The notes: generated from the letters alone by a model not told the origin. Counted from the first letter of the stretch, positions 43,799-58,597 are shown. The stretch is DNA of 63,737 bases from Paraspadella gotoi (GCA_051294375.1 CM119271.1:15258770-15322506), one strand, 5' to 3'. Translations and numbers: made by a program.

Positions 43799-46296
43799 CT
43801 CTCTCTCCTCTTATCTCTCTCTCGTCTCTCTCACTCCCTCTCTTTAGAAGCGCGCTTTTTAAATTTTATCGTAGGGTATATATCCTCTCTCTCTCCCGTC
43901 CTTTCACTCTNNNNNNNNNNNNNNNNNNNNNNNNNNNNNNNNNNNNNNNNNNNNNNNNNNNNNNNNNNNNNNNNNNNNNNNNNNNNNNNNNNNNNNNNNN
44001 NNNNNNNNNNNNNNNNNNNNNNNNNNNNNNNNNNNNNNNNNNNNNNNNNNNNNNNNNNNNNNNNNNNNNNNNNNNNNNNNNNNNNNNNNNNNNNNNNNNN
44101 NNNNNNNNNNNNNNNNNNNNNNNNNNNNNNNNNNNNNNNNNNNNNNNNNNNNNNNNNNNNNNNNNNNNNNNNNNNNNNNNNNNNNNNNNNNNNNNNNNNN
44201 NNNNNNNNNNNNNNNNNNNNNNNNNNNNNNNNNNNNNNNNNNNNNNNNNNNNNNNNNNNNNNNNNNNNNNNNNNNNNNNNNNNNNNNNNNNNNNNNNNNN
44301 NNNNNNNNNNNNNNNNNNNNNNNNNNNNNNNNNNNNNNNNNNNNNNNNNNNNNNNNNNNNNNNNNNNNNNNNNNNNNNNNNNNNNNNNNNNNNNNNNNNN
44401 NNNNNNNNNNNNNNNNNNNNNNNNNNNNNNNNNNNNNNNNNNNNNNNNNNNNNNNNNNNNNNNNNNNNNNNNNNNNNNNNNNNNNNNNNNNNNNNNNNNN
44501 NNNNNNNNNNNNNNNNNNNNNNNNNNNNNNNNNNNNNNNNNNNNNNNNNNNNNNNNNNNNNNNNNNNNNNNNNNNNNNNNNNNNNNNNNNNNNNNNNNNN
44601 NNNNNNNNNNNNNNNNNNNNNNNNNNNNNNNNNNNNNNNNNNNNNNNNNNNNNNNNNNNNNNNNNNNNNNNNNNNNNNNNNNNNNNNNNNNNNNNNNNNN
44701 NNNNNNNNNNNNNNNNNNNNNNNNNNNNNNNNNNNNNNNNNNNNNNNNNNNNNNNNNNNNNNNNNNNNNNNNNNNNNNNNNNNNNNNNNNNNNGAGAGAG
44801 AGAGAGAGTTTGTTGTCCGAGAGATTTCAAATGTCAGAGTTTGTTGCAGCGACCGCGAAATGCAATTAAGGAACGTTCCTTCCGCTTGAAAAGGTGTTGA
44901 GTTATCCGGGGGGTGGAGGAGGAGGAGGAGGAGCAGGAGGAAGAGGAGGAGGAGGAAGAAGAGGAAGATGAGGGGAGGAGGGAGTTTAAGTTATTTTTTT
45001 AATATCATCTTTCAATTTCTTATCTTGTCCTAAGCCTCTTTCTTGCATTTCTTTTTAGATTTTGCTTCCCGATATGATTAATTTTAATCTAATTTTAGTT
45101 ATTTTTTTATGTTTGTTCAAACAAATTTATCTTTCTCTCAATTTTTCTCCCGAATTCTTCCACTAATTCTTATCTATATATAACCTCTCTAATTTATTGT
45201 CTTCTCTTACACCTACTTACCTATCTACCTCTCTTACCTATCTTCGTAAGACAATTTATCCCCAGAACGAATTTTTGTTTGAAACCGGAAACGATTCAAG
45301 TCTTCCTCCTCTTTCTCCTCCTTCTCCTCCTCCCCCTCCTCATCTTCCTCCTCTTTCTCCTCCTTCTCTTCCTCCCCCTCCTCATCTTCCTCTTCTTCCT
45401 CCTCCTCTAACTCCTCTTCCTCCTCCTCTACCACTTTTTAGTTTCAATAACAAATATTAAACAATTTAGATTTTTTTCCCGTCCATTCCACTTACAACTT
45501 TTCAAATATAATTGTCAAAAAATTGACAATTAATCCGTTCGGTTTTAACCCGATCAAATCGCCATTTTTATTGTTTTGACATTTGGTCTCATTCTAATTC
45601 AACTATTTTTCCCTAAATTCTAAGGAAATGACGGAAAGAGTAATTTCCGGAAGTGAGAGAGGGATGAAGGCGGAAGATGGAAGGGGGGGGGGAGAGAGAG
45701 GATGGCTGGTGCCGGAAGGGCTCTCTTTTCCGAGAGTTCCCCATTTCTCTTCGTTTATCTAAGATTTTTAACTTTAATATTTAACCTAAATATATTTTTT
45801 TAATTTATAAACCTAATATTAATAATTAACCCTAATCCCTAACTCTAACCAAATCTTAAACCCTAATCTTAAACCCTGATCTTAAACCCTTATCAGTAAT
45901 TTATAACCCTAACCTTACCTCTAACCCTAACCTTAATCACTAACCTAATATTTAACTAAAAAAATTAACATAATTCCAAATATAAGATTAAAACGGTTGC
46001 TTTGATAAAATAAGGCCGCCGGAAGTAGGAAACTCCGGTCAACTAGAAAAGTTTTAATGTTTACAAATAATATTAACGAACAAACATGACGAATTTTGCT
46101 TCGTATCGGACGTCTGTTTTAAACATATTTAATTGTCTACATCTGCTTAGTTTTTACATTAAGATTAATTTACTGACATGAATGACTATTGACTAGTAAA
46201 CGGAAGTTTTGACTCGAATGGTTTAATAAAAACAAAAAACAAAGAAAGATAAGAAAAAAAACATTGTTTTCTTTTCTTCGTGATCGTCGAAATAAA

Positions 46297-46360
<64 letters not shown>

Positions 46361-46856
46361 TTCATCCCGATTGTCATTCATATTTATTTATCTGTCCGGG
46401 AAAAAGTCGATCAGCCTGAATCGCGAATTATGAATTATGAATAAGATTTAAAATCTATTTTCTGTTCAGAATTATGAATACGAGATTCAGTTTAAGATTA
46501 AGTGAGTAAAAGAGAAAAGATGTCATTCGATTGTGAAAGTAAATCCTTTTTCATTTTTGGGACCAAATGAGAAAAACGGTGTACCTCCCCCTTTATCGTC
46601 TCTCTCTCTCTCTCTCTCTCTCTCNNNNNNNNNNNNNNNNNNNNNNNNNNNNNNNNNNNNNNNNNNNNNNNNNNNNNNNNNNNNNNNNNNNNNNNNNNNN
46701 NNNNNNNNNNNNNNNNNNNNNNNNNNNNNNNNNNNNNNNNNNNNNNNNNNTCTCTCTCTCTCTCTCTCTGTCATACCAAAGAAAATGACAAAGAAATTAT
46801 GACAAAAAATCTATGATTCGACATCAAAGACGACAAAGTCGTCAACATCAACATCC

Positions 46857-46887
<31 letters not shown>

Positions 46888-49000
46888 AGACGTCAAAACA
46901 TCAATAAGACGAAATCCTCTTCCTCCTCTTTTTCCTACTCCTCCTCCTCATTCGCCATATTTAGCGAATTTGGCGTCCATAAGGCGTCAACCGGAAACGG
47001 CGCGTGCATTGACACGTGGACAAACGCGTGCATCGACACGTGGACGGGCGCGTGCGCAAACATCGCGAAGACACGTGGCGCGTAGACGTAACTGAGACGC
47101 ACGTGACGAGAGAGAGANNNNNNNNNNNNNNNNNNNNNNNNNNNNNNNNNNNNNNNNNNNNNNNNNNNNNNNNNNNNNNNNNNNNNNNNNNNNNNNNNNN
47201 NNNNNNNNNNNNNNNNNNNNNNNNNNNNNNNNNNNNNNNNNNNNNNNNNNNNNNNNNNNNNNNNNNNNNNNNNNNNNNNNNNNNNNNNNNNNNNNNNNNN
47301 NNNNNNNNNNNNNNNNNNNNNNNNNNNNNNNNNNNNNNNNNNNNNNNNNNNNNNNNNNNNNNNNNNNNNNNNNNNNNNNNNNNNNNNNNNNNNNNNNNNN
47401 NNNCGCCGCCGTCGCCGCCGTCGCCGCCGTCGCCGCCGTCGCCTTCAGGACCAATTATGTGGACCGAACGATGATTTGGAATAATTAAGAGAGGAAAATC
47501 GGTTGTGGAGAGAGAGAGGGAGAGAGAGGGAGAGAGAGGGAGAGAGGGAGCGAGATATTTTTGCTGGGTGGGTGAGTCGGTCTTTCTATTTTTCTTTCTC
47601 CTTATTCTTACAACATTCTTAATATACCTACCTCTAGGTGATTTATCTATCTTTCTATTTTTCTATTTTTCTATTTTTCTTTCTTTCTCTCTTTCTTTCT
47701 TTCTTTCTTTCTCTTTCTATCTTTCTATTTTCTTACTATCTCTTTATAGCTTTTTCCTTTTCATTCATTTTTCTTTCTTTCTTTCAATTATTTCTTTNNN
47801 NNNNNNNNNNNNNNNNNNNNNNNNNNNNNNNNNNNNNNNNNNNNNNNNNNNNNNNNNNNNNNNNNNNNNNNNNNNNNNNNNNNNNNNNNNNNNNNNNNNN
47901 NNNNNNNNNNNNNNNNNNNNNNNNNNNNNNNNNNNNNNNNNNNNNNNNNNNNNNNNNNNNNNNNNNNNNNNNNNNNNNNNNNNNNNNNNNNNNNNNNNNN
48001 NNNNNNNNNNNNNNNNNNNNNNNNNNNNNNNNNNNNNNNNNNNNNNNNNNNNNNNNNNNNNNNNNNNNNNNNNNNNNNNNNNNNNNNNNNNNNNNNNNNN
48101 NNNNNNNNNNNNNNNNNNNNNNNNNNNNNNNNNNNNNNNNNNNNNNNNNNNNNNNNNNNNNNNNNNNNNNNNNNNNNNNNNNNNNNNNNNNNNNNNNNNN
48201 NNNNNTTTTTTGTCTATATTATTTTTGTCTTTTTTGTATTTTGTTTTTTGTTTTTTTTGTTTTTTTTTTTGTCCAAATGTTTTTTGATGTCGGGTGATGG
48301 AGCTGACGGCTGAGACGTCGTCGACTTTATTCGTTTAAAGGTCAAACTCCATCTGTTACGCACTTCATGATTAAATAATCAAATTAATAAATATAGTGTA
48401 TCTTTAATTGTATAAGCAGTACCTCAGCTTCGACTCAGAATGTAACACAATGTTTCAGGCCACAATAGCTCAGAAAATAAGTCAATTGATTAAAAAAAAT
48501 ATAATTTTACAAAAAATGTTCGTAAAATTTAATGAATGGATAGTTTTATATCCATTCCACCTATTTTATTTCCTTTAATATAAATTATAAATTATAATGC
48601 AGCCCCTGACAAATTCTCACAACCCTTTTTACTTTACTCAACAACTGACGAACTTACCCAAATTCACTCTCACTCACTCTCACCCACACACGCCGCTTTG
48701 CATGACTATCGTTCGCGCGTCTCGCACCCAAAATGACAACAAAAAAAAAAGAAGAAAAAAGGAAGAAAAAAGGAAGAAAAAAAGGATAACAGACAACAAC
48801 CAGCGAATCGACACTATCCCTCTTCCTTCAATCTCTTTAACTCCGCAAAATTTGATTGAACAAACATTCCTCAAACTTCTTTTCTTTCCCTTCCCCTCTC
48901 CTCTCCGCGCCCACGAGAGAGAAAGCTTCTTCGCCTTCTGTATCGATTCGGTGAAGAAATAACGCCGACTCTGCCCGTCTGCTCTCCTCTCTCCTCCTTC

Positions 49001-49038
<38 letters not shown>

Positions 49039-50439
49039 CTCCTCTCCCTCCTCTCCTCTCCCCCCTCACACTATCTCTCCTCTCTACCTCGCCTCTCGCG
49101 TCTCTCACTCCTCTCCTCTCTCCTCTGTCTCCACCTCTCTCTCTCTCTCGCCTCCTCTCCTTCGATACTCGTCCGTCTCCTTCCTTTTTATCCGTCTCTC
49201 TCTCTCGCCTCCTCCCTCTTCTCTCCCATCTCCTCTCTCCTCTCTCTCTCTTCTCTCTCCACTTACGTCTTCATTCATCTTCCCATCTAGGCCATTCTCA
49301 CTCCATCCTCCCTCCTCCTCTCTCCTCCTCTTCCCCTCTCCCTCCTCATTCCCCATCTATCCCTCTCCTTCGATCTCTCCCTTCACCATGCATGCCCTTA
49401 GACCTAAACAAAACTGACCAGCAGAGCACGTGCCAGCAGAGACGCAGGAGAGAGGCCAGAGAGAGACCGCAGAGAGATCGAGGAGCAGTAGACGACCGCA
49501 CGAGAGACGCAGAGAGACGCGACGCCAGCCCAACCAAATCGCAAGAGGAAGGCGCACGACGAGAAGACCGACGCACGATCGACCGGGGCTGTCTGGCCCA
49601 GAAAAACACAGCTGAGAAGAAGAGGCGAACGACTAGACGACGCACGCGACGACGACGACGACGACGACGACGAGACGACGACGAACGACTGGGACTTAGA
49701 CCGGATGACGACGATGCCACGCCGATAGCGTCGCACGAAGACAATTAACTATTACAAGACAACAACGATAACGATAACGAAAACGAGCGATGGCGAAGAA
49801 GACACAGTACGATAGACGACGAGCGACGAACGACGACTGACGAGCGACGAATAAAATTATGATGATGAAAAAGACGGTGACAGTGATGATTTTTATGATA
49901 ATGAATTCAAAAACATAATGACAACGAAGACGACGACAATGACAGATGCTGACGAACGAAATGACGACGTCGACGAAAATTACGTTAATGACAATGACGA
50001 AGATTATGATGACAGCGACGACGACGATTATGATGATGAAGACGACGACGACGACGACGACGTCGATTTAGGCGCCGGCGCCGTTCGATTTCGACGTCGC
50101 CCGACTTCAAAACCACAAAAGGGCAGAGGTCACGGATGGCGCCGGGCGCCGAGGCACGTGCCGCTTGGGGCGGGCCGCGGTGGGTGTCGGGGTTTGTGGG
50201 GCAGAGAGAAGGATGATGATCGTGGGCGGACGAGGAGGAGATGAGGGGGGGAGAGACTCGGGAGGAAGTTGGAGCGAGAGTGAGATAGAGATGGAATAGA
50301 AATATAGAGAGAAAGGAAAATAGAAAAAAATTCTGACAGTCGCAATTTAATAATGTAATAATGTAACAATGTAATAATAAACGAAAACTTTCTGCATAAA
50401 GTATTCAAACTCGCTTGGAGAGGCAGTTTGAAATTTCGT

Positions 50440-50676
50440 TGCACATAGCTGTGGATAAGGCGCTAAGTGGGCGGAGGACTATCCGTAACTTCTACACCCC
50501 ATCAGCAGCCATGGAACGGGTCCTGGGCTTGGAACCAGGATTTAGGGTTTTCTAAGCCCCAAAGGGGGTTTACGGCCGTCCTCACGCTTGCCGCAGGCTA
50601 GGTACCGGGTTGGGATTGAACCCAGTAACTAGTGGTCATGAGCTGATGGCTTTACTCAATGAGCCACCGGGTCACC
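50440..50676 (-). mobile_element. tRNA-derived SINE, best-preserved copy
   Basis: Minus strand GGTGACCCGGTGGCTCATTGAGTAAAGCCATCAGCTCATGACCACTAGTTACTGGGTTCAATCCCAACCCGGT has Pol III A-box (TGGCTCATTGAG) and B-box (GGTTCAATCC) motifs. A non-tRNA body follows that is shared with copies at ~2230 and ~56000. Confidence 0.75.
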
Positions 50677-51328
50677 ACTGAAGGTGTCGGTCGGTCGGTC
50701 GGTCGGGCAAACAGGAGAGCGGGCAAACACTGGTAACAGCGGATGGGAAGCGGACAGAAGCGAACGTCGAGCAAAAAGAAGCGGAAGTTTGGAAGCGAAA
50801 ACGGTCGGCATGACGACTTAAGAGAGAAAATGTCGCAATCATTTCGAGATTTCTTCGCTCGACGAAGCGAAACGTATTTGTGGGGGGGGAAAGGGGAGAA
50901 AGAGAAATGGGGAATGAGAGGTTGTGATATCATTAGTATTTCTTTGAAGTAAAATATATAGATTTGAGATAGATATTGATATGCGGATTGAACCAGGGCA
51001 ATGGGCATTAATGAATGGTAATTTTAAAAGGATTTTAGTTATTCTAATATTATTAGGAAGTCATAGTAAGGCTTTTCGTAAGTACAAGACCGCATCTACT
51101 TAATGTATCTTCTTGTTATCCGTTTACACAATCCGTGACCATTCAGATTAAAATTTTGACTGGGGTAATTTTCTTTAAATGCTTACCACTAAATATTATT
51201 TAGTTTGAAGGAACATTTTTTTGAGATTACTGCAATATGCAAATGAGGTTTAAGAAAAGAAACTAAAAAGAAATTGAACAGCGCGTTTTGGAAGACACCA
51301 TGACATCGAAATTGAGAAAAGGAATGAT

Positions 51329-51476
51329 ACAGCAGAGGAATAAAAGCAAGTAAATAAAGTAAAGCAAGTCGGGTGGAACACAGCAGAGGAATAAAAGCAA
51401 GTAAATCAAGTTAAGCAAGTCGGGTGGAATACAGCAGAGGAATAAAAGCAAGTAAATCAAGTAAAGCAAGTCGGGG
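51329..51476 (+). repeat. Tandem repeat, 51 bp x ~3
   Basis: ACAGCAGAGGAATAAAAGCAAGTAAAT(C/A)AAGT(A/T)AAGCAAGTCGGGTGGAA occurs three times. Confidence 0.9.
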
Positions 51477-54400
51477 GGGAAAAAAAGAAAGGAAGAAAGA
51501 AAGGAAAATGATAAAAAAAGGGGGGGGAGAAAAGATAATGGGTCAGTGAGAGAAAAAGTAAGTGAGGGAAAATGGGAGAAAGAAGGTAAATGAAGCGAAA
51601 GGTAAGGTCAAAGGTAAGTGAAGCAAAAGGTCAGAAAGATCAAAGGAAGGGAAAAGCTAAAGTGAGTAAAGTAAAACGAGTGAGAGAAAAAACTCGGTCG
51701 GTCGGTCTGCTTCGGGGTCTTAAGGTGTTGTTCGAAAGGGTAGAGGACTGAGTGAGAGGGAAGGGCAGAGGTGACGGGCAGACTGCGAAGGAGGACAAAG
51801 GAGGTAGACAGAGAGGAGAGTGGGTCACAAGGAGGAAAGGGTCAGAAGAAAGACGCAGAAGGCAGATTTAACCACAATCACCCGACATTCAGCCAGTGGC
51901 CAGTGGCCACAGTACACAGCCCACAGCCTTCTACCTTAAATGTTAAGAGATCCTACGGGGAATTTCAAGAGAAGCGGCTCGTCAAAGGCTGTCGTTTAAA
52001 CTAAACTTCGGTGCAAATTTTATTCTAGCGGTACAGGGGAGCGGTACACGGATGCGCATTTCACACTGCACAGTGCGCACTGTGCACTGTGCACAGTGCA
52101 TAGCAAATTGTGCAATCATGTATGTGTATTTAAAACCTTGTGTGAAGTGTATTGAACACTTGTGCGTAATACTTGATGTTTCAAGTAGAATTTTCATCCG
52201 TATTGTAAATTTTTTTTCGGAAGCTTTTAAAATTTAAACGTTAACCTTTTCTTTTTTTCGAAACTTGTTTTCGCCAATATTGGAAAAAGCAAAGAAAGAA
52301 AGAATAAGGAGAGGGAGTAAAAAGGAGAGAGAGAGAGNNNNNNNNNNNNNNNNNNNNNNNNNNNNNNNNNNNNNNNNNNNNNNNNNNNNNNNNNNNNNNN
52401 NNNNNNNNNNNNNNNNNNNNNNNNNNNNNNNNNNNNNNNNNNNNNNNNNNNNNNNNNNNNNNNNNNNNNNNNNNNNNNNNNNNNNNNNNNNNNNNNNNNN
52501 NNNNNNNNNNNNNNNNNNNNNNNNNNNNNNNNNNNNNNNNNNNNNNNNNNNNNNNNNNNNNNNNNNNNNNNNNNNNNNNNNNNNNNNNNNNNNAAAAAAA
52601 ATAAAAAGAGAAAATGAAGGAAGGAAAAATTGGAAAGAAAATGGAGAAACAATTGAGGGAAAGAAAAAAAAGACGTTAAACTGAATTGGGATGGAAATTT
52701 AAATTCAGATTCACTTCATTGATAAAACAGGGTAGTTTGGATAAAAGCGGGTTCTCTCGATAAAACGGGGTTGGTACGATAAAAGCGGGTTGTTTCGATA
52801 AAACGAGGTTCATAGATAAAATAGACCGGGCTGAAAATTGTCTTTTTATTGAACCATCGTTTTTTATCTTAAATAATTTTGTAATTGCCGATTTTTTGCA
52901 TTAGAATTTATACTATCTTTTAGGAATTTTAAATTTTAATTCATGGAGTGCCTGACTACATTTTGTTATAAATAACTGACTGAATAAAAATATAGACCAA
53001 ACAGATTCCATGATTACTACAAGAAAACCCCTCAGGATTTGAGGTAACATTTAGCGAAAGAAGACAGTGTAAACTGAATATTAGACAGTCAGCCCGGAGC
53101 AGTAAACAATAAACTTCAGCGAAAAAAAACACAAAAAAACACGCAATGAAAGAATCTGTCAACTTCTGCCCCCTCCTCCACTTTTTTTAAGAACCTAAAT
53201 ATCACGGGGCCGCGGCGAAAAAAAAGCGGGTGGCCGGGTTCGCTCCAGCGCCGCTGCAGGCTCCCGCGTCCCGCCTCAACAGTCCAGCGGCCCGAGCAGT
53301 GGCGCCGCCAATGTAGGGGCGAATGGCGCCGGGAATATGTGGAGGAATCCAATCCATTTCTTGCAAGCTGCCCTTCTGTCACAGGCGCGACCATCAAAAG
53401 CAATTTAGGGGCGCGGATAAGGATGGCGGGGAGGAAGAGGGGGATGGACGGGGGAGGAGGAGGGAGTGGAGGAGGAAAGGAGGAGGGAGGGAGGGAGGAG
53501 GGAAGAGGAGGGAGGGAGGGAGAGAGGGAGGGGAGGAGGAGGAGATGGAGGAGAGAGAGGCCCTCGTAAGTCGATGGAAAGGAAAGAAAGTGAACAGTTC
53601 GACGAGAAAGGAAAGAACTTGTAAAAACAGGATCGATCCATCCAATGTGTTGCGCCGCAGTGACTTTTTTTCACGTGTATTTCCCTGTAATCACGTGACT
53701 ACATGACTATCAAATCTATGTATAACAAACGTCTTATGATTGATAATTACTGTGCAAAGTTTCATTTCAAACAACTAGACATTAANNNNNNNNNNNNNNN
53801 NNNNNNNNNNNNNNNNNNNNNNNNNNNNNNNNNNNNNNNNNNNNNNNNNNNNNNNNNNNNNNNNNNNNNNNNNNNNNNNNNNNNNNNNNNNNNNNNNNNN
53901 NNNNNNNNNNNNNNNNNNNNNNNNNNNNNNNNNNNNNNNNNNNNNNNNNNNNNNNNNNNNNNNNNNNNNNNNNNNNNNNNNCTGTAGTTTTGAGTGGTCA
54001 CGTGACTATACAAGAATGAAATACGTAAAAAAAGAAATGTCTTACCAGTATTAACTAAAATAAATATCTTAGCCCGCATATTTATGACATGCACTGCATC
54101 GGAAGTCCATCTTTGATTCCTTATAGTTTTAGGATTTCCTGGAGGCGGCGCTAGCAGTCACTTAGATTTGAGGTTTTTTCCTGTCTTAACAAATGAGCAA
54201 CCAACTATAGGTAAATTATGAACATTTTTAACGTAAGTTGGCCAGACATACCTACCGACCGATCGACAGACAGACCGACAGACAGACCGACAGACAGACC
54301 GACAGACAGACCGACAGACTGATCGAAAAGTGACTTATAGAGTGGCTCAGCGAGTTTTCGCGGCGCAACTAAAAAAAAGAACAAATCGAAAAAGAAAATG

Positions 54401-54950
54401 GAAAGGAGAAAAGAGAAAAGAGAGAGGGCGCGTCGGTCGCGACAAATTGGCGGGAGGCGATAACGAGGCTCCGATGAAAAGAAGATGGCGCTGGCNNNNN
54501 NNNNNNNNNNNNNNNNNNNNNNNNNNNNNNNNNNNNNNNNNNNNNNNNNNNNNNNNNNNNNNNNNNNNNNNNNNNNNNNNNNNNNNNNNNNNNNNNNNNN
54601 NNNNNNNNNNNNNNNNNNNNNNNNNNNNNNNNNNNNNNNNNNNNNNNNNNNNNNNNNNNNNNNNNNNNNNNNNNNNNNNNNNNNNNNNNNNNNNNNNNNN
54701 NNNNNNNGAGAGAGAGAGAGAGAGAGAGAAAGAAATGAGCCACGTAAGCTTAAAAAACTGACCTCAAAGGCGACGATATTTTAGACCAAAATCGTTCATC
54801 TCCACGAAGCCAATCTACTTTATTTAAGCTAATATTATAGTAAGATTTTTTTTAAAATTTAGCTTATCCGGGGTTGGGTGTCAATTTTTGTAATTAATAA
54901 TTTTAAACTTTGGTAATATTTTGAGGTTCTGTTCTGTTTAGAGACAGCGT

Positions 54951-55008
<58 letters not shown>

Positions 55009-55069
55009 CTATCAGTGCGTCTCTCTTTGGTCTGTCACCCAGTTCACGGGTCAAAGCTTTCTCCTTGCT

Positions 55070-55140
<71 letters not shown>

Positions 55141-55580
55141 AAGAAAAAGACGGATAGAAAAGAAGAGAGCTAGAAAAATGTAAGGTGAGATAGAGAGAGA
55201 AATAGAAAGAGAAAGAAATGGAGAGACAGAGAGAGAGAGACAGAGCGAGAGAAAAGAAGTTTCTTAGATCCGTGAGCGATTAGTCAATCCTTCTTTTCCT
55301 ACCGAACCAGCTAACCGCCTCCGCCAACCGCCTCCGCTTCCGACTCCGCTTACGCCACCGCTTTCGCTTCCGCTTTCGCTTCCGCCTCCGAGATGGCCGA
55401 ACCTCCATTTGTCCAATCTTTTTAAAACCCTTTCCTCCATCAGCGCGAGAGACGGAGACGAAGAGAGATGGAGAGCGAGACGAAGAGAGATGGAGAGCGA
55501 GAGGGAGAGAGAGACGGAGAGCGAGACGACCGCAGCAATCATATTCTTGTTCGCTCTCCATTCTTCACTTTGGCTGAAAA

Positions 55581-55698
<118 letters not shown>

Positions 55699-55939
55699 TT
55701 TTCTCGCATGGAAACCCACAGTAAATTATTAGATAAATGGTTTGTGAACTTAGTGGTCTCTTAACGTTTAATAAAAGATTGAATTTAAGATAAAAATTAT
55801 TATTATTATTATTATTGTTATTATTACTGATGAAATTATTCTATATGAATTTAAAAACTAACTTTATCAATATCGTGATAGCGTGTTGAAAAATAGAGTA
55901 TAGAATGTAAATATTACAAACGATTAATTTCATAACCTC

Positions 55940-56081
55940 GAGCAGCTGTGGAACGGGTCTTATGCTCAGGGTGTCGCCGGGGATCCAAGGTGTCATGAGG
56001 CCGTCAGAGAAGGGCAAGCACTGGTATATGGTGCCAATTGGTCACGAGCTGATGGCTTTACTCATTGAGCCACCATGTCAC
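55940..56081 (-). mobile_element. tRNA-derived SINE, partial copy
   Basis: Minus strand GTGACATGGTGGCTCAATGAGTAAAGCCATCAGCTCGTGACCA..GACCCGTTCCA matches the head and part of the body of the 50.5 kb copy. Confidence 0.65.
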
Positions 56082-56527
56082 GACAGAGAGAACGATTAAT
56101 AATTTTTGAGATTAATATAAACATATAAACATATAAACATATAAATATAAATATATAAACATATAAACAATGCCAGCTAAAAACCTTTCCTCAAAAATGA
56201 TCGGCTCCGGACACTGCGATATGAAGACGGAATAAAAGTGGAAGAGAATCTCAAAGAGTATTTGTCGGAGCTCGGCCGAGACTTTGCTTCTTAATGCCGA
56301 GAAGCTTCGCCGGATTTTTTGAAGGATCTACCGGAAATAAAGAGGAGGAAGGGCTTCGCCGGATGAAGCTCTCTCGAGTTGAGAGAAGTGAAGGCGGAAA
56401 AATGAAGCTTAAAATTATGAGAGGATTTTAATTTTAGTTTGTTTTTACATTGTTTGACATTTTTTCTCTTTAATTTACGTCTCTCTCTCTCTCTCTCTCT
56501 CTCCTCTCTCTCTCCTCTCTCTCTCTC

Positions 56528-56573
<46 letters not shown>

Positions 56574-56671
56574 CACACTCTCTTCTTCGTTTCATTACGT
56601 ATTGCCTTTCCTTCCCATTCCCAGATTTCTTAGCCTACGCCAATACCTCTCTTTCCATTCCTCTCTCTCCT

Positions 56672-56743
<72 letters not shown>

Positions 56744-58343
56744 CTCTCTTCCCTCACTTTTTTCGTTCCCTTGTTCCTTGTTTTGCTTTCCATCTCTTTC
56801 TCCGCCGCTTGTTTTTCTTTTTATATGGCAGCAATGAATTTCCATTCATGAGGATCAACCTGAGTTGTTTTTTTTCGAGACGACGACGACGACGACGACG
56901 ACAACGACGACGACGAAAACAAGGACGACGACGACGACGACAACGACGATGGATAACCGAACAAAAAAAAGATCGGCGTCGGTTTTTTCGACGCCGTTTT
57001 TTTTTCGACGCCCCTCCGGTGGGCGTGGCTCTTGTTTAAATCCGCATCAACAGACCGGCGTCTTTGTTGCGTCAACGAAAGGCGATATATTTTTTTGGAC
57101 GAGGCGCGTCAACTGATGGCGTCGAAAGATGGCGCCCTCTGATTTGCGCCATATTAAAACAAAAGGCTCACGCTACTCTATCACATTTCGTTGTTTGCTG
57201 TAAATGTTGGACATAAACTTTTGCCAAATGTAGGAAAAGTAAAACGTATATAATGATATGAAAAGCAGATCCAGATTATACGAGGGCGCGGACAAAGATG
57301 AAGATTTTCGTTATATTTCATTAATGAAAATATTAACGATTCAGACACGTGACGATGGTTGTTATCATTTTATTAATGATTCTATTCTTTGGTCTTTTGT
57401 TTTTCTTTTATTTTTTTTTGCTCAGTAATTATTTTTAAAGCGTTTTTTATATGAATAAAAAAAAAAAAGACTTGAATCTACTTCGTATAACAATTTATAA
57501 CTTCTTTAATCAGTTTCTCTTCGAGTTAATATATTAGAACTATATTAGATTCTGATTTAATGAAATTTAATGAAAGCTTCCCGGGTCCTCCTATGTTATC
57601 ATCTTGTAACGAGAATGTCTCCATTGGAGGCCTTCGCCCATCATATCCTGTTCAAAGTCAGGGGCAAGATAGCTTAGCCTAAAATTTTTATAGAAGTTGT
57701 AGCAATTTCAAAATCTCTATTTCATACTAAATCTCTGAACGTATTTTTATATAACATTTTAGATTTATTAGTAATAATAAAATAAGAAAACAGAAAAAAA
57801 GGTTTTGCCTAAAAATAGAAAAAGGGACGAGAGGACGGAGGAATGGGTGCGAGCGCTCGCCCGGGGTAGAAGCGCTTAAATGAAGAGGGCAGAGGCGTGC
57901 TGCTTTTCCATCAAGGTCGGGTTAGACTCTCTCTCTCTCTCTCTCTCTCTNNNNNNNNNNNNNNNNNNNNNNNNNTGGTTACCATGGAAAAGCGACAGGA
58001 TTGATAGGAGGGAGAGAGAGAGAGAGGAGAAGATTAGGGGGAGAGGAGAGAAGAGAGAGAGCAGAGAGAGATGATTCAGATGTGAGAGATTGATGAGAAA
58101 AGAGCAGAGGAGAGGGAGATTCGAGACGAGAGAGATCAGAGAGAGAAGAACGTTAGCATGATATGGCGAGATAATAGAGATGTTAGATTGACGAGGGAGA
58201 GAGATGAGAGAGAGAAGACGAGATGAGAGAAGTGGGACAGAGCAGAGGAGGAGAGAGAGGTGCAGAGAAGAAAGGAAGAACAGGGGAGAGAGAGAAAGAA
58301 GGAAGAGAGGAAGATGATCAAAGATGTGTGAAAGAGGGAGATG

Positions 58344-58374
<31 letters not shown>

Positions 58375-58559
58375 CAGAGAGAGAGAGAGAGCGAGCAGGA
58401 GAGAGAGAAGAGAGAGAGAAATGAGAGTGCAACATTAAGTAATTCTGTATGTAAACTGAAATTTTGAGGAATTTTAAAACTATAAAAAGTTAGAAGATGT
58501 TTGAAATTAGTTTTCAACAACGATTTATTTTTATTAATGAAATTGTAGCAACCAATATA

Positions 58560-58597
<38 letters not shown>

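Noticed and set aside
45830-45950. True or relic telomere
   Set aside because: Short, degenerate, internal, and attached to a recurring repeat head.
50595-50676. Functional tRNA-Met gene
   Set aside because: The anticodon stem does not pair, and the sequence continues into a body shared with other dispersed copies, so it is a SINE head.
52066-52100. Overlapping TGCACAGTG/CACTGTGCA palindromes
   Set aside because: Short low-complexity palindromic repeat with no supporting context.
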